The notes beneath the pieces were generated by a model. The model made no database searches. It was not told the DNA's origin and saw only the letters and a list, made by a program, of their open reading frames with translations. Below are positions 40,405 through 50,620 of a stretch of DNA of 64,000 bases, in pieces. The stretch covers positions 2,560,001 to 2,624,000 of the forward strand of contig OZ253555.1 in assembly GCA_965262725.1 (NCBI GenBank). Reading direction: 5' to 3'. Position 1 is the stretch's first letter; each line of letters begins with the position of its first letter. The position numbers and the translations under genes are program-made. Source of the stretch: Dehalococcoidia bacterium. Its GTDB lineage: Bacteria; Chloroflexota; Dehalococcoidia; UBA2979.

Positions 40405-42183
40405 CTACGGCGGCGCTGATTGGCGGCGGAAGGTGCCGCAGTTGCTGACTCGGATGGACGACCAGTCGGACAGCACGGTGAGCGTGATCGTCCCAGAGCC
40501 ACCAGCGACACGTGCGGAGCGGTGGTCATAGACCCGGCAGAGGGCCTGGGCATCGGACGTGACGTAGGCGCCCGGCGCGACCTCCTCCGGCACAAGATAC
40601 GTGCCATCACCGAATGTCGTTCGAACGGTCGGCGTGTGGGGGCGGAAGGTGCCGCAGTTGCTGACTCGGATGGACGACCAGTCGGACAGCACGGTGAGCG
40701 TGATCGTCCCAGAGCCACCAGCGACACGTGCGGAGCGGTGGTCATAGACCCGGCAGAGGGCCTGGGCGTCGGACGTGACGTAGGCGCCCGGCGCGACCTC
40801 CTCCGGCACAAGATACGTACCGTCACCGAATGTCGTTCGAACGGTCGGCGTGTGGGGGCGGAAGGTGCCGCAGTTGCTGACTCGGATGGACGACCAGTCG
40901 GACAGCACGGTGAGCGTGATCGTCCCAGAGCCACCAGCGACACGTGCGGAGCGGTGGTCATAGACCCGGCAGAGGGCCTGGGCGTCGGACGTGACGTAGG
41001 CGCCCGGCGCGACCTCCTCCGGCACAAGATACGTGCCATCACCGAATGTCGTTCGAACGGTCGGCGTGTGGGGGCGGAAGGTGCCGCAGTTGCTGACTCG
41101 GATGGACGACCAGTCGGACAGCACGGTGAGCGTGATCGTCCCAGAGCCACCAGCGACAGGTGCGGAGCGGTGGTCATAGACCCGGCAGAGGGCCTGGGCG
41201 TCGGACGTGACGTAGGCGCCCGGCGCGACCTCCTCCGGCACAAGATACGTACCGTCACCGAATGTCGTTCGAACGGTCGGCGTGTGGGGGCGGAAGGTGC
41301 CGCAGTTGCTGACTCGGATGGACGACCAGTCGGACAGCACGGTGAGCGTGATCGTCCCAGAGCCACCAGCGACACGTACGGAGCGGTGGTCATAGACCCG
41401 GCAGAGGGCCTGGGCGTCGGACGTGACGTAGGCGCCCGGCGCGACCTCCTCCGGCACAAGATACGTACCGTCACCGAATGTCGTTCGAACGGTCGGCAAT
41501 GTCGGTGTGGGCGTCTCGGAAGCGCTAGGAGTCGCAGCGGGCAGCTCGGCGGCGGTCGGTGTCGCCGCCGGCAGCTCGGTGACGGGCGGTGTCGCAGCGG
41601 GCAGCTCGGCGGCGGGCGGTGTCACCGCCGGCAGCTCGGCGGCGGTCGGTGTCGCCGCCGGCAGCTCGGTGACGGGCGGTGTCGCCGCCGGCAGCTCGGC
41701 GGCGGGCGGTGTCACCGCGGGCAGCTCGGCGGCGGGCGGTGTCACCGCGGGCAGCTCGGTGACGGGCGGTGTCGCCGCCGGCAGCTCGGTGGCGGTCGGT
41801 GTCGCCGCCGGCAGCTCGGCGGCGGGCGGTGTCGCCGCCGGCAGCCCGCGACCCGGCGCATCGTCGACCAGAATGTGCGACTCGAGTTGCACGGGCGGCC
41901 TAGGGATGTCGCGGGCGATGTTCTCGACGCGCTCGCGGGCACCATCGCAATCGATAGTCGCTACCTCAAGGCCGTCCCGTACCTCAGCAACCCCGATCAC
42001 CAGAACACCACCCTCGGCAGCGAGGCCGGCAATCGCGCGCGCCAGTGCTCTGTTGTTGTTCGGGAACTGGCTCTTGAACTCCAGCACTCGACTCTCGCGC
42101 AGCTCCCCCGAGTCGATGCGCTCCTTCAGCTCAGCGATACTCGTCGGCCGATTCGGCAGTCTCATCAGCTCCGCTCCTAGCAT
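40405..42183 (-). CDS. AlbA_2/Schlafen-like N-terminal domain fused to a Pro/Ala/Thr linker and five 72-aa repeats
   Basis: ESRVLEFKS...AIAGLAAEGGVLVIGV; (LPAATPPAAE)n; 5x TFGDGTYLVPEEVAPGAY...NCGTF. Confidence 0.72.
   Translation of the reverse strand: MLGAELMRLPNRPTSIAELKERIDSGELRESRVLEFKSQFPNNNRALARAIAGLAAEGGVLVIGVAEVRDGLEVATIDCDGARERVENIARDIPRPPVQLESHILVDDAPGRGLPAATPPAAELPAATPTATELPAATPPVTELPAVTPPAAELPAVTPPAAELPAATPPVTELPAATPTAAELPAVTPPAAELPAATPPVTELPAATPTAAELPAATPSASETPTPTLPTVRTTFGDGTYLVPEEVAPGAYVTSDAQALCRVYDHRSVRVAGGSGTITLTVLSDWSSIRVSNCGTFRPHTPTVRTTFGDGTYLVPEEVAPGAYVTSDAQALCRVYDHRSAPVAGGSGTITLTVLSDWSSIRVSNCGTFRPHTPTVRTTFGDGTYLVPEEVAPGAYVTSDAQALCRVYDHRSARVAGGSGTITLTVLSDWSSIRVSNCGTFRPHTPTVRTTFGDGTYLVPEEVAPGAYVTSDAQALCRVYDHRSARVAGGSGTITLTVLSDWSSIRVSNCGTFRPHTPTVRTTFGDGTYLVPEEVAPGAYVTSDAQALCRVYDHRSARVAGGSGTITLTVLSDWSSIRVSNCGTFRRQSAPP
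40425..41497. repeat. Five near-identical 216-bp tandem repeats
   Basis: GGCGGAAGGTGCCGCAG recurs at 40425, 40641, 40857, 41073 and 41289. Confidence 0.95.
41531..41844. repeat. 30-bp tandem repeat, about 10.5 units
   Basis: GTC(G/A)C(C/A)GC(C/G)GGCAGCTCGG... every 30 bp from 41531 to 41831. Confidence 0.93.
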
Positions 42184-42395
42184 ATCGTCGACACTTCGAA
42201 GCCTACGGTAGGCAGTGGCGCGGCACCGCGCAGTACCCCTTCCACAGCCGTATCAACATTTGAAGGGGCGGAGTATCAGGTGGACAGCCGACCCGCACCG
42301 TGCCCTCGTGCGCGCCCCGGCTCCGTAGTGGCCCGCTCAGTGGACCGGAGTGCCCCCAGAGGCCACCTGAGACATCGACGCCGCATCTGGCGTGC

Positions 42396-42440
42396 TGGCA
42401 CCCTCGGCAGGATTCGAACCTGCGACCCGCGGATTAGAAG
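42396..42440 (-). other. att site: 3' half of tRNA-Arg(TCT)
   Basis: Minus strand reads CTTCTAA-TCCGC-GGGTC-GCAGG-TTCGAAT-CCTGC-CGAGGGT-G-CCA; 5' half absent; next to the integrase. Confidence 0.85.
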
Positions 42441-42688
42441 CGTCGTGTCGTCATCGTCCCGGGGGTCTGATAGCCCATCGCCCTGAGGGGCCGCGCGCAT
42501 TGGCTCCCAGATGCGCCGCGTCCGATCTCGGGGCAGCCGCATTGGCTGTCTGACGACCGGCGGTCTGGCTTTCGGTGCTCCGCCGCGGCCCACTTCGTGG
42601 ACTTCCGTGGACCGACCTATGTGCTCCGCGCCTCCGCCGTGAAACGATCACGCCACGAGCCTACGGACCAGCGGGAGGGGCGCTACCA

Positions 42689-43849
42689 GTGCCGGCATCA
42701 GCAAACGGGAGCAAGCGGGCGAGAGGGACCGGATCGGTCCGTTCACGGCGCCGTGGCGTGTGGCAGGTCCGCTGGGAGACCGGACACGGTGCCGAGCGCG
42801 TCTACCACGCGGAGACCGTGAAGGGCACCAAGACCGAAGCGGAGGCGCTCCTGCGCGAGGGTCTGGCCGAGAAGGAGCGAGCCCGGGCTGCGGGCACGCT
42901 CACCACGGACCCGAAGCTCACCGTCGGCGAGTGGCTCCTCCGCTGGCTGGACGACGTGGCGGTACACAACGTCCGGCCCCGCACCCTCAGCGCGCACACG
43001 GGCATCGTCCGGCGCGAGCTCATTCCGGCGCTCGGCCACATCCGCCTGAACCAGCTCGGCGTCGCCGAGGTGCAGGCGTTCATCAACGCACGACGCGACC
43101 GGCAGAAGGCGCGGTGGATCCAGCACCAGCGGGCAGTCCTCCGCAGCGCGCTTAGCGAGGCGGAGCGCCAGGGGCTCGTGGGCCGCAACGTGGCCCGCCT
43201 CGTCAAGACGCCGGCCCCGGACCGCGAAGAGGTCCGGCCACTCAGCTCCGACCAGGCGCGGGCGTTCCTGGCGCAGGTCAGCGGCGACCGACTGGAGGCG
43301 CTGTACGCGCTCACGATGGCGCTGGGCCTACGCCGGAGCGAGGTGCTGGGCCTGCGGTGGGAGGACGTGGACCTGGAGAACGGCACGCTCACGGTGCGCC
43401 ACGGGCTACAGCGCTACAACGGCGCGTATCACCTGGACGACGTCAAGACTCGGCGCAGCCGGCGCACGCTCGTGTTGCCGGCGCCGCTGGTGGAGGCCCT
43501 CCAGGCCCACCAGGACCGGCAGGCGTTCGAGCGGGGCCGTGCGGACTCGTGGCTGGGCGACGACTGGAACCTGATCTTCTGCCGTAAGGACGGCTACCCG
43601 CTCGAGGGCGCGGTCGTGACGCGGGCGTTCCAGAAGCACCTCAAGGCCGCTGGCCTGCCACACGCCCGGTTCCACGACCTCCGGCACGGTGCCGCCACGT
43701 ACCTACTCGGGGCAGGCGTGCCGATGCGCGTCGTCATGGACCAGCTCGGACACTCCCAGATGTCGACGACGAGCGACCTCTACTCGCACGTGCTGCCCGA
43801 GGTGCAGCGTGAGGCGAGCGAGAAGGTCGCGTCGGTGCTGTTCGGCTAG
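42689..43849 (+). CDS. Tyrosine recombinase / phage-type integrase
   Basis: GLRRSEVLGLRW, FHDLRH and LGHS....TSDLYSH; GGGAGG RBS before GTG 42689. Confidence 0.93.
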   Translation: MPASANGSKRARGTGSVRSRRRGVWQVRWETGHGAERVYHAETVKGTKTEAEALLREGLAEKERARAAGTLTTDPKLTVGEWLLRWLDDVAVHNVRPRTLSAHTGIVRRELIPALGHIRLNQLGVAEVQAFINARRDRQKARWIQHQRAVLRSALSEAERQGLVGRNVARLVKTPAPDREEVRPLSSDQARAFLAQVSGDRLEALYALTMALGLRRSEVLGLRWEDVDLENGTLTVRHGLQRYNGAYHLDDVKTRRSRRTLVLPAPLVEALQAHQDRQAFERGRADSWLGDDWNLIFCRKDGYPLEGAVVTRAFQKHLKAAGLPHARFHDLRHGAATYLLGAGVPMRVVMDQLGHSQMSTTSDLYSHVLPEVQREASEKVASVLFG

Positions 43850-43882
43850 CCTCGCAACACGGAAGCCTCGCCACGTCGACGA

Positions 43883-44443
43883 TCAGCCGAGAACACCCAG
43901 CTGGCTGATGATCGCGAGAGTGGACGCGACAACAACGACCGCCGTCGGGAGCGTACGGAGAGCCCGACCAAGCAGCGTGAACTCGATCGGGGCTGTATCG
44001 AATCCGGCGGCACGCAAGACATAGAAGGGCGCCCGACTGAGCCACCACAGAGGGTTCCAAGTCCGCCTCTTCGACGCACGGTGCTCGCGTTCGTAGACGC
44101 CGATCGCACGTTCCACACGGTCGATCACGTGTCTTTGCGAAATCTCGATTCGCGTCAGACTGAACATTTCGACGAAGAGGTTTACGTCAAAGTGCACCGT
44201 TGGCGAAGGGCGCGTCGTCTCGATTGGGCTCACACCTGCGGCGACAACGATGTCCTCGATGTCTCTCAACGCCTTGTTCAGCACTGATCGAACTGCTTGT
44301 CTTTCCGAGTCAGAGGAGGGCATTCGAATGTAGCGCTCGAGCCTTATGCGGAATTCGTCGAGTCGCTGACGCCGACGATCGTTCTCCCTGACCGTGACGG
44401 ACCGATAGTCATCCACGTGTCGCGGGCCCTTCCGCTGACCCAA
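43883..44443 (-). CDS. Hypothetical protein with a C-terminal hydrophobic segment
   Basis: 186-aa ORF with protein-like composition, convergent on the integrase. Confidence 0.55.
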   Translation of the reverse strand: MGQRKGPRHVDDYRSVTVRENDRRRQRLDEFRIRLERYIRMPSSDSERQAVRSVLNKALRDIEDIVVAAGVSPIETTRPSPTVHFDVNLFVEMFSLTRIEISQRHVIDRVERAIGVYEREHRASKRRTWNPLWWLSRAPFYVLRAAGFDTAPIEFTLLGRALRTLPTAVVVVASTLAIISQLGVLG

Positions 44444-44592
44444 CCCATCGTCGTCCCGCTAATGCTCGGCCATCTCACTCCCTCGTGCCACTCTGGAGTT
44501 GTGGCTCTACCTTGGGGGCTCCATGATCTGGGCCGCTACGCCACCAAGGCCGAGCCAACGCCCGGCGGGGTACGCACGGCGAGGGTGAGGCG

Positions 44593-44844
44593 ATGCCCAG
44601 GAGAGTCAACAGCGCAAAGAGGCTAGAGAACCTAGACAAGCTGGAGGCGATGGGGGCCGTCGATGTCCTCGTGTCCGTCGTTCCGGGTTGTGATCTGGAC
44701 CTTCCCCTCTTCAGTCCCGACGCCCCCACACCGGGCTCCCTCCTCACGATCCGGGACTTCCGGGACCACGTCGAAGCTCACCCCGACTGCCAGAGACGCG
44801 TGCTCCGGTCGAGGCTGCCCTCCGGCCAAGGCCGTCAGCTCTAG
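44593..44844 (+). CDS. Small hypothetical protein
   Basis: GAGG RBS; 83-aa ORF. Confidence 0.4.
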   Translation: MPRRVNSAKRLENLDKLEAMGAVDVLVSVVPGCDLDLPLFSPDAPTPGSLLTIRDFRDHVEAHPDCQRRVLRSRLPSGQGRQL

Positions 44845-45013
44845 TCCCCCGGGGGTATATCCCAGCGGTGGGCAGCTGCTGCACAGCCCTCGCGGAACCG
44901 TGTGCGGCAGGGCCAGCGGGAGCGAACTTTCCCGTTCTTGGAGGCCCACCCGCACCGCACGGTCGAAGGCGCCCTCTACCAGATCGACCGGAACGTCACG
45001 AAGCAGGCCCCGT

Positions 45014-45797
45014 GATGCCACACCGGACGCGCCTGACCATCACGCTGGAGCTGGCGCTCGACCTACGGGGCGCGCTGGCGCAGGCCCTCGACTACGCGTC
45101 CTCGATCGCGCAACTCGGAGACGACGATCTCGAGGATCTGCTGCGTCCCGGATTCGCGGCGCTCGGTGACGCCGAGGAGCTGTCCCGGGCGGTGCAGCGG
45201 CAGCTCGACGGAGCGGAGGGCGGCCGCGAAGTCGCCGTCGTCCTCGCCGGCGTCGGCGTGGATGCCAGACTCGAGCGCATCGCGGAACACCTGGGCGGCT
45301 ACGGCGTGCCGATACGGATCGTGGACTTCCAGGTGTTCGAGCCCGCGGAGGGCTCACGCCTCCTGATCCGCGAGGTCACCGAGGAGGAGACGCGCCCACC
45401 GCGCCGCGAGGGACGGACATACAGCGTCGACACGATCCGGCATCGAGCCCGGGAGGCCGGCGTGGAGGCGCCGTTCGAGCGCTTCCTCGAGATGGTACGG
45501 GAGGCCGGCCTCGTGGTGCGGCCGTACAAGCTCGCGGTGACGATCGCTCCTCCCGCGAACCGCAACCGCTACCTGATGTACGCGCGGCCCGAGCAAGGCG
45601 GCATCGTTCTCAGCGCGGGGCCGGCTGCGTTCGCGGAGTTCTTCCCGCCTCTGACCGAACACGAGGCGTCCGCCGCGATCGGTTCCCCTGAGCCCGAAGG
45701 CGCCCCGCACCTCTCCGGGTCGGACCTCGAGGCCCGGCTCGACCAGATCGAGACCTTCCTGCGATCGCTGTCGCGTCCGGGCAATGACGTGGCATAA
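45014..45797 (+). pseudogene. C-terminal part of a probable NucS/PD-(D/E)XK-like protein
   Basis: LAQALDYAS motif; the catalytic N-terminus is not seen. Confidence 0.45.
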
Positions 45798-46161
45798 CGC
45801 TGCTCGCCGGCAGCAGGCCGCCGCTCGCGCGCCGGTGTGCCCCCCGTCGCCCAGGCTCCGATGCCCAGCGGTTTGAGCGTCACGCGGCCACCTCTGGGCA
45901 TCGCGTCGCCACGGCCCATTCGACGGGCAGCGACCGGGCATCACCGACGCCATAGCCGGCTGGGCCGGCCGAGCTGCATGCTGTGGGCGTACGGCCGGCG
46001 AGTTCGCGAACTCATCGCCGCCCCGCGGCACGGTCCGCGGTAGCTGCATGAACCTCGACGACCTCGCCGGGCACGTCGACAGGGACCTGCTGGCCGCCGC
46101 GTTCGCCGCCGCCAGCACTCTTGCCCTGCTGCTGTAGCCTCGCCCTGTTGGACGGTGCGGG

Positions 46162-46338
46162 CTACTGCTTCACCTTGGGCTGGTTGACGAGCATCAAGAA
46201 CGCGATGAGCCACCCGAGCCACCCGAGGAATAGGGGCCACAGGAGCCATGCCATGGAACGACCGCGAGAGCTGCTCATCATGCCGATGAAGACCATGGGC
46301 AACACCCACACTAAGCCGATGATGAGCAGGACTTCCAT
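46162..46338 (-). CDS. Small 58-aa two-TM membrane protein (not in the ORF track)
   Basis: MEVLLIIGLVWVLPMVFIGMMSSSRGRSMAWLLWPLFLGWLGWLIAFLMLVNQPKVKQ*; GAGG upstream. Confidence 0.65.
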   Translation of the reverse strand: MEVLLIIGLVWVLPMVFIGMMSSSRGRSMAWLLWPLFLGWLGWLIAFLMLVNQPKVKQ

Positions 46339-46662
46339 ACTAGCCAGCCACCTCTCGTGCCGGCGATGCTAGCACGTGCGTATGACTACGGCGGCCCCGC
46401 TCATCGACCACCACCTTCGCAGGTTTGACATGTGGTCAGTGCCGCCCAGAAGGCTGAAGTGCCACTCCGATGATGTCGAGCGCCAGCCCAACCGTGACGA
46501 GGATACTGCCGAGCATGGGCGCCCCAAGAGAGATATCCGAATGCCGCGTCGGACACAGTAGCCGCGAATGCCCTCTGCCCGCCCCTGCTCCGTAATGGCC
46601 CGCTCAGTGGACCGGAGTGCACTCGGAGGCCACCCGATAGCCCGAAATCGCATCTGGCGTGC

Positions 46663-46707
46663 TGGCACCCTCGGCAGGATTCGAACCTGCGACCCGCGGA
46701 TTAGAAG
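46663..46707 (-). other. att site: second identical 3' half of tRNA-Arg(TCT)
   Basis: 45 bp identical to 42396..42440, with further similarity about 75 bp leftward. Confidence 0.85.
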
Positions 46708-46729
46708 TCCGCGTGCGGCGAAATCAGGG

Positions 46730-46777
46730 TGGCGCGCCGGGAAGGATTCGAACCCTCGACCCTCAGTTCCGAAGACT
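46730..46777 (-). other. att site: 3' half of tRNA-Arg(TCG)
   Basis: Minus strand reads AGT-CTTCGGA-ACTGA-GGGTC-GAGGG-TTCGAAT-CCTTC-CCGGCGC-G-CCA. Confidence 0.8.
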
Positions 46778-47264
46778 CGCAGTGCTTGCCACTCGTGAAC
46801 CGTGCCGCCCGGCCACGTCTCGCGGGGGCTCCGCGGCCTCCTGCAGAAGCAGGCCATCGGCGTCCATCTCGGGGAGACGGTGCCAGCGGAAGTCCCGTTC
46901 CCCGTTGAGCGTCGCCTCTACGTCGAAGGAGCCGCAGGGCGACCTCCTCACCGCGTCGAGCAGTCGCGGTGGCGAACGCCGCCGTCGCACGCGATCTCGT
47001 GGGCTGCATGCGGCCGGTCCTCGCGACGTGTTCGCAGCATGCGGCAACACGCGCCGGGCCCGCGTTGAGCCAATTCTGGCCTCTTGGAACGAATTCGGAG
47101 CGGGAATCAGGAACGTTTGGAACGCTCGTGGAACGAATCCGGAACTTTCTGTGAACGCCTGATCGCACGCTAGCCCTGCATCGCCGCACGCCGCCAATCG
47201 AGGCGAGCGCGCACCGATGCGGAAGGGGCTGGCCGTGCGGGTCCGCTGCTCGCCGTCGCCGGAG
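46743..47264. repeat. ~520-bp direct repeat, copy 1
   Basis: Highly similar to 56035..56555: tRNA fragment, EEP relic, GGAAC array and first codons of the VirB6-like gene. Confidence 0.93.
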
Positions 47265-47472
47265 GAGGTGAACCGCTTCCTCCGCGGTGGGCGGCCGACT
47301 TCGGTCATGTGCCGTCAAGTGATGAACGGGCGCGGAGGCGGATAGGCGAATGCGCCGTGCCTGTTGGCGGCGAGCCGACGCATGGCCGTGAGTCGAGTTG
47401 GCCTGCGCAGGTCGTGGTGACGGTCCGGGAACGGCGCCGTAGGCTGAGGGAGAGTGGATCCGGTGGATCGCG

Positions 47473-48942
47473 GTGCGGCTGCTTGCGCTGGCGGCAATCG
47501 TCGTCCTCGTGATCACTGGCTACCGGTGGGCCGGAGAAGGGTCGATTTCCTCCGCCGCCCGCATGCTGGGCGACGACCTCGCAGTGCTGGCCACGTGTCC
47601 GACGGAGTTCGGCCGCGTCCGCGACTTCGTCCGGAGACCGGTCCCGGAGAGCGGCTCCGAATCGTCCATGTCGCAGCGCCATGGAGCTGGTTGGGAACAC
47701 GAGGTCTGCGATGGCGACCTCAACCTTCGCGAACCGGCGGGTGCTGAACGGGCGGGACCGACGGCTGCGACACCGACCCTCGCCCGGATCCCGAACCTCC
47801 AGCCGCAGATCGAGGCCGCCATTGAGGAGGCGCTGGGGTCGGCGCCCGCCGAAGGGACGACCCTCGACATGGCCATCGCCAGGGCGGCAACCCCGCAACC
47901 AGCGTCTCGCCCTCGCGACTTGCCCGCCGAGCGCCACGTCGGGTTGAAGCGGTTGATGCTGCAACTCATCAATGCCGAGCGAGCGGCGGTCGGGCTCATG
48001 CCCGTCGCGCTCGGCGAGAACGCAGCCGCCCAGCTACACGCGGAGGCGTCACTGCGGGGCTGCTTCTCCTCCCATTGGGGACTCGACGGGCTGAAGCCGT
48101 ACATGCGCTACAGCCTCACGGGCGGCTACCAGGCGAACGCCGAGAACGCGTCCGGTCCAGGCTACTGCATCACCGACGCCGACTCCTCCGCGAAAATCAG
48201 GAGCGTCGAGCAGGAGGTCCGGGAGGCGATGGCGGGGTGGATGGAGAGCCCTGGCCACCTCTCGACCATCCTCGATCCATGGCACAGGGCCGTCAACATT
48301 GGATTGGCCTGGGACCGTTTCAACTTCTTGGCGATCCAACACTTCGAGGGTGGGTACGTGCGGTATCAGCTGCTCCCCGAGATCAGAGAGGGGTACCTCA
48401 TCGTCGATGGGGCTGCGACGAATGGCGCGGGCGTCGAAGGGAACGACGGTCTTGGCATCCAGGTGTATTACGACCCCCCGCCGGGCCCACTAACGCCGGG
48501 GCAGCTCGCCCGGAGCTACTGCTACGGCAGCGGCCTTCCGGTCGCAGCGCTTCGACCTCGCCCCGACGTCCTCCACTACTACGCCCAGAACGAATTCACG
48601 GCTGCCTACAGACCCTGCCCCAACCCCTACAACGCATCCGCGAACGCTCAAGCGCCTCGCTCCCCTGACGAGGCGCACGTGTACTGTCGGGCTGCCTACG
48701 AGGCCAGCCAGACCGCGGAGGAACATGCTGTCACCGTCCCATGGGTGACCGTGCGGGAGTGGGAGGTCACAGGGCAGACCTTCGCAGTGAAGGCGGACCT
48801 GTCACACGTGATCGCCATCTACGGGCCCGGCGTCTACTCCGTGGTGGTCTGGGGACGCATCGGCGATCAGAACGTGGCGATTTCGGAGTACTCCATCTTC
48901 CACGACATCGACCCGCCTGAGGGTTACGCGCAGTTCCAGTAG
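47473..48942 (+). CDS. Exported CAP/SCP-domain protein
   Basis: N-terminal hydrophobic segment; LINAER..GL, AAQLHA, SHW and WMESPGH..ILDP motifs. Confidence 0.85.
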   Translation: MRLLALAAIVVLVITGYRWAGEGSISSAARMLGDDLAVLATCPTEFGRVRDFVRRPVPESGSESSMSQRHGAGWEHEVCDGDLNLREPAGAERAGPTAATPTLARIPNLQPQIEAAIEEALGSAPAEGTTLDMAIARAATPQPASRPRDLPAERHVGLKRLMLQLINAERAAVGLMPVALGENAAAQLHAEASLRGCFSSHWGLDGLKPYMRYSLTGGYQANAENASGPGYCITDADSSAKIRSVEQEVREAMAGWMESPGHLSTILDPWHRAVNIGLAWDRFNFLAIQHFEGGYVRYQLLPEIREGYLIVDGAATNGAGVEGNDGLGIQVYYDPPPGPLTPGQLARSYCYGSGLPVAALRPRPDVLHYYAQNEFTAAYRPCPNPYNASANAQAPRSPDEAHVYCRAAYEASQTAEEHAVTVPWVTVREWEVTGQTFAVKADLSHVIAIYGPGVYSVVVWGRIGDQNVAISEYSIFHDIDPPEGYAQFQ

Positions 48943-49390
48943 CTGCAGGTGTTGTCCCGCCAGCCCTGATGGTAGGGGCACCACCGCAAGAAGGGACGCA
49001 CGTCGCGATCGCGCTCAGCGTCGAGGCCGCCGGAGTCCGTGAGCGCGCAGGTGCGGCAGGCGGAACGCCATGCGCTCGACGGGCTCGCCGGCGACCGAGG
49101 CCTCGATGAGGCCCGAGCGGTCGTAGGTGATCGAGGCGGGGGCACGATCTCCGCCTTCATACTGCAGGCTCGCTTGCGGACGGTGACCCGAGTCTGCGAC
49201 GGACTGGCCGAGCGCTTCCGCCTCCGGATCGGCCCCGCTCGGCCATCAGGACTCGGATCTAGAGGGAGCATCCCTGCCTTCCGCCCGAAGGAGGCGCACC
49301 TCAGCGAGTGTAGCCCGCGGGATCCGTCGGGCGGCGGCGCGCACGGGCGAGCTGACCTCGCGATCCTGCGCAGCGGGGCGAGCGGCGTCG

Positions 49391-50620
49391 CTAGAACTCG
49401 TCGGCGCACCAAGGGGCAGTGTGCCAGGCGAAGAGGGCATCCGCACGACGTAGGGCCTCGGGGCCGCCCACGATGCGACCGGCTCGAGCGAGCGCGGAGG
49501 GGGAGACCCCGCCTAGGTAGACCGCGGCGAGGTCTGCGGCGCCCAGGGTGACGTCGGGCGAGGCCTCGGTTGGGCGGCAGCCGGCTCGCCCACCCTCGAC
49601 CACGAGCTCTACTCGGCCAGAGGCCCACGGGCCGAACGGATCGCGAACGTCGAGAATGAGGCGGCCATCGGCGAGGTAGATGCGGCCTTCAAGCGCCCGT
49701 GGCACGTCGACGATGCGCAGCCAGAGAGTGTCCTTGGGCAGGCGCCGGAGCTGGCGGGGGTCGTTCAACATCCACAGGAGGGGGTCGTCGGTCGGGCGGT
49801 TGTGGGCCTCGATCGTCTCGACGAGATCGATGCCGAAGAGGTAGCGCCAGAGCGCGGCCTCAGCGGCGGGATTCACTGCGACCAGTTCGTGGACGCGAAC
49901 GGCGCCCCGGGGGACCCCTTCGGGCCAGTCGCCCCTGACGGCGTAGATGGCGTATCCCGCGAGACCGTCCGGGCTGGTGTACTCGACGTACTGGCGCTTC
50001 GAGAAGCCGTCCTTGGGCCTCTCGGCGCGTGGAATAATGAATGCAGCCCAGTGGCCCGGGACGCGGGCCATCATGCCCGGACGGGTTTCGCGCAGGCCGT
50101 CGTAGAGGAGCGGCCAGCGCTCCAGGGCGGCGTCTGAGTCGACGAAGCGCACCCCGCCGGGGGCATCCGGGACTTGCCGCACGAACTCGGTGTGGCGGCG
50201 GTCGATGCTGACGCGGTCAGACTGCGCCGCCAAGCCGTAGCCGAAGCGGCCGTAGATGAGGCTCTCCGAGGCCCATAGGGCGGCGAGGGGCTCGCCGCGA
50301 TCACGAATGTCGTTGAGCTGGCGTCGCATGAGTTCGGTGAGGACGCCCCGCCGGCGGTGGGTGGGGAGAACGGTGACGGCGGTGACGCCGGCCGTCGGCA
50401 GGTGGCCACCGGGGACGCTCATCGAGAAGGAGACGGCGTGCGCCTTCCCAACCATCTCGTCTCCATCGAAGGCGCCGAGGCTGCGCTCGAAGTCGAGCAG
50501 GGGCCGGCCCGGCGCGTTCGTCTCGGCGGCGACTTCGATGTCGGAGAGGAAGCCGCGGGCGTCCCCGGCGACCCACTCGTCCCAATCGTCCTCGGTGAGC
50601 ACCCGGTAGGTGATGGCCAT
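49391..50620 (-). CDS. Eis-like GNAT acetyltransferase (two GNAT domains + SCP2-like domain)
   Basis: VTVLPTHRRRG, LWASE..IYGRFGYG and LWLRIVDVPRALE.R.Y motifs. Confidence 0.9.
   Translation of the reverse strand: MAITYRVLTEDDWDEWVAGDARGFLSDIEVAAETNAPGRPLLDFERSLGAFDGDEMVGKAHAVSFSMSVPGGHLPTAGVTAVTVLPTHRRRGVLTELMRRQLNDIRDRGEPLAALWASESLIYGRFGYGLAAQSDRVSIDRRHTEFVRQVPDAPGGVRFVDSDAALERWPLLYDGLRETRPGMMARVPGHWAAFIIPRAERPKDGFSKRQYVEYTSPDGLAGYAIYAVRGDWPEGVPRGAVRVHELVAVNPAAEAALWRYLFGIDLVETIEAHNRPTDDPLLWMLNDPRQLRRLPKDTLWLRIVDVPRALEGRIYLADGRLILDVRDPFGPWASGRVELVVEGGRAGCRPTEASPDVTLGAADLAAVYLGGVSPSALARAGRIVGGPEALRRADALFAWHTAPWCADEF

Noticed and set aside
40425-41844. Tandem repeats as a possible CRISPR array
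   Set aside because: Units are contiguous multiples of three with no unique spacers, lie in one reading frame, and no cas genes are present
40420-42211. Long plus-strand ORFs (586 aa, 234 aa) over the repeats
   Set aside because: Antisense shadows of the repeat gene; the minus frame carries the recognisable AlbA_2 motifs
42396-46777. Functional tRNA genes
   Set aside because: Only anticodon loop to CCA is present; D-arm and 5' acceptor strand are missing, so they are treated as att relics
48960-49390. Possible gene between the CAP and GNAT genes
   Set aside because: No frame with recognisable motifs or a convincing start; at most a fragment
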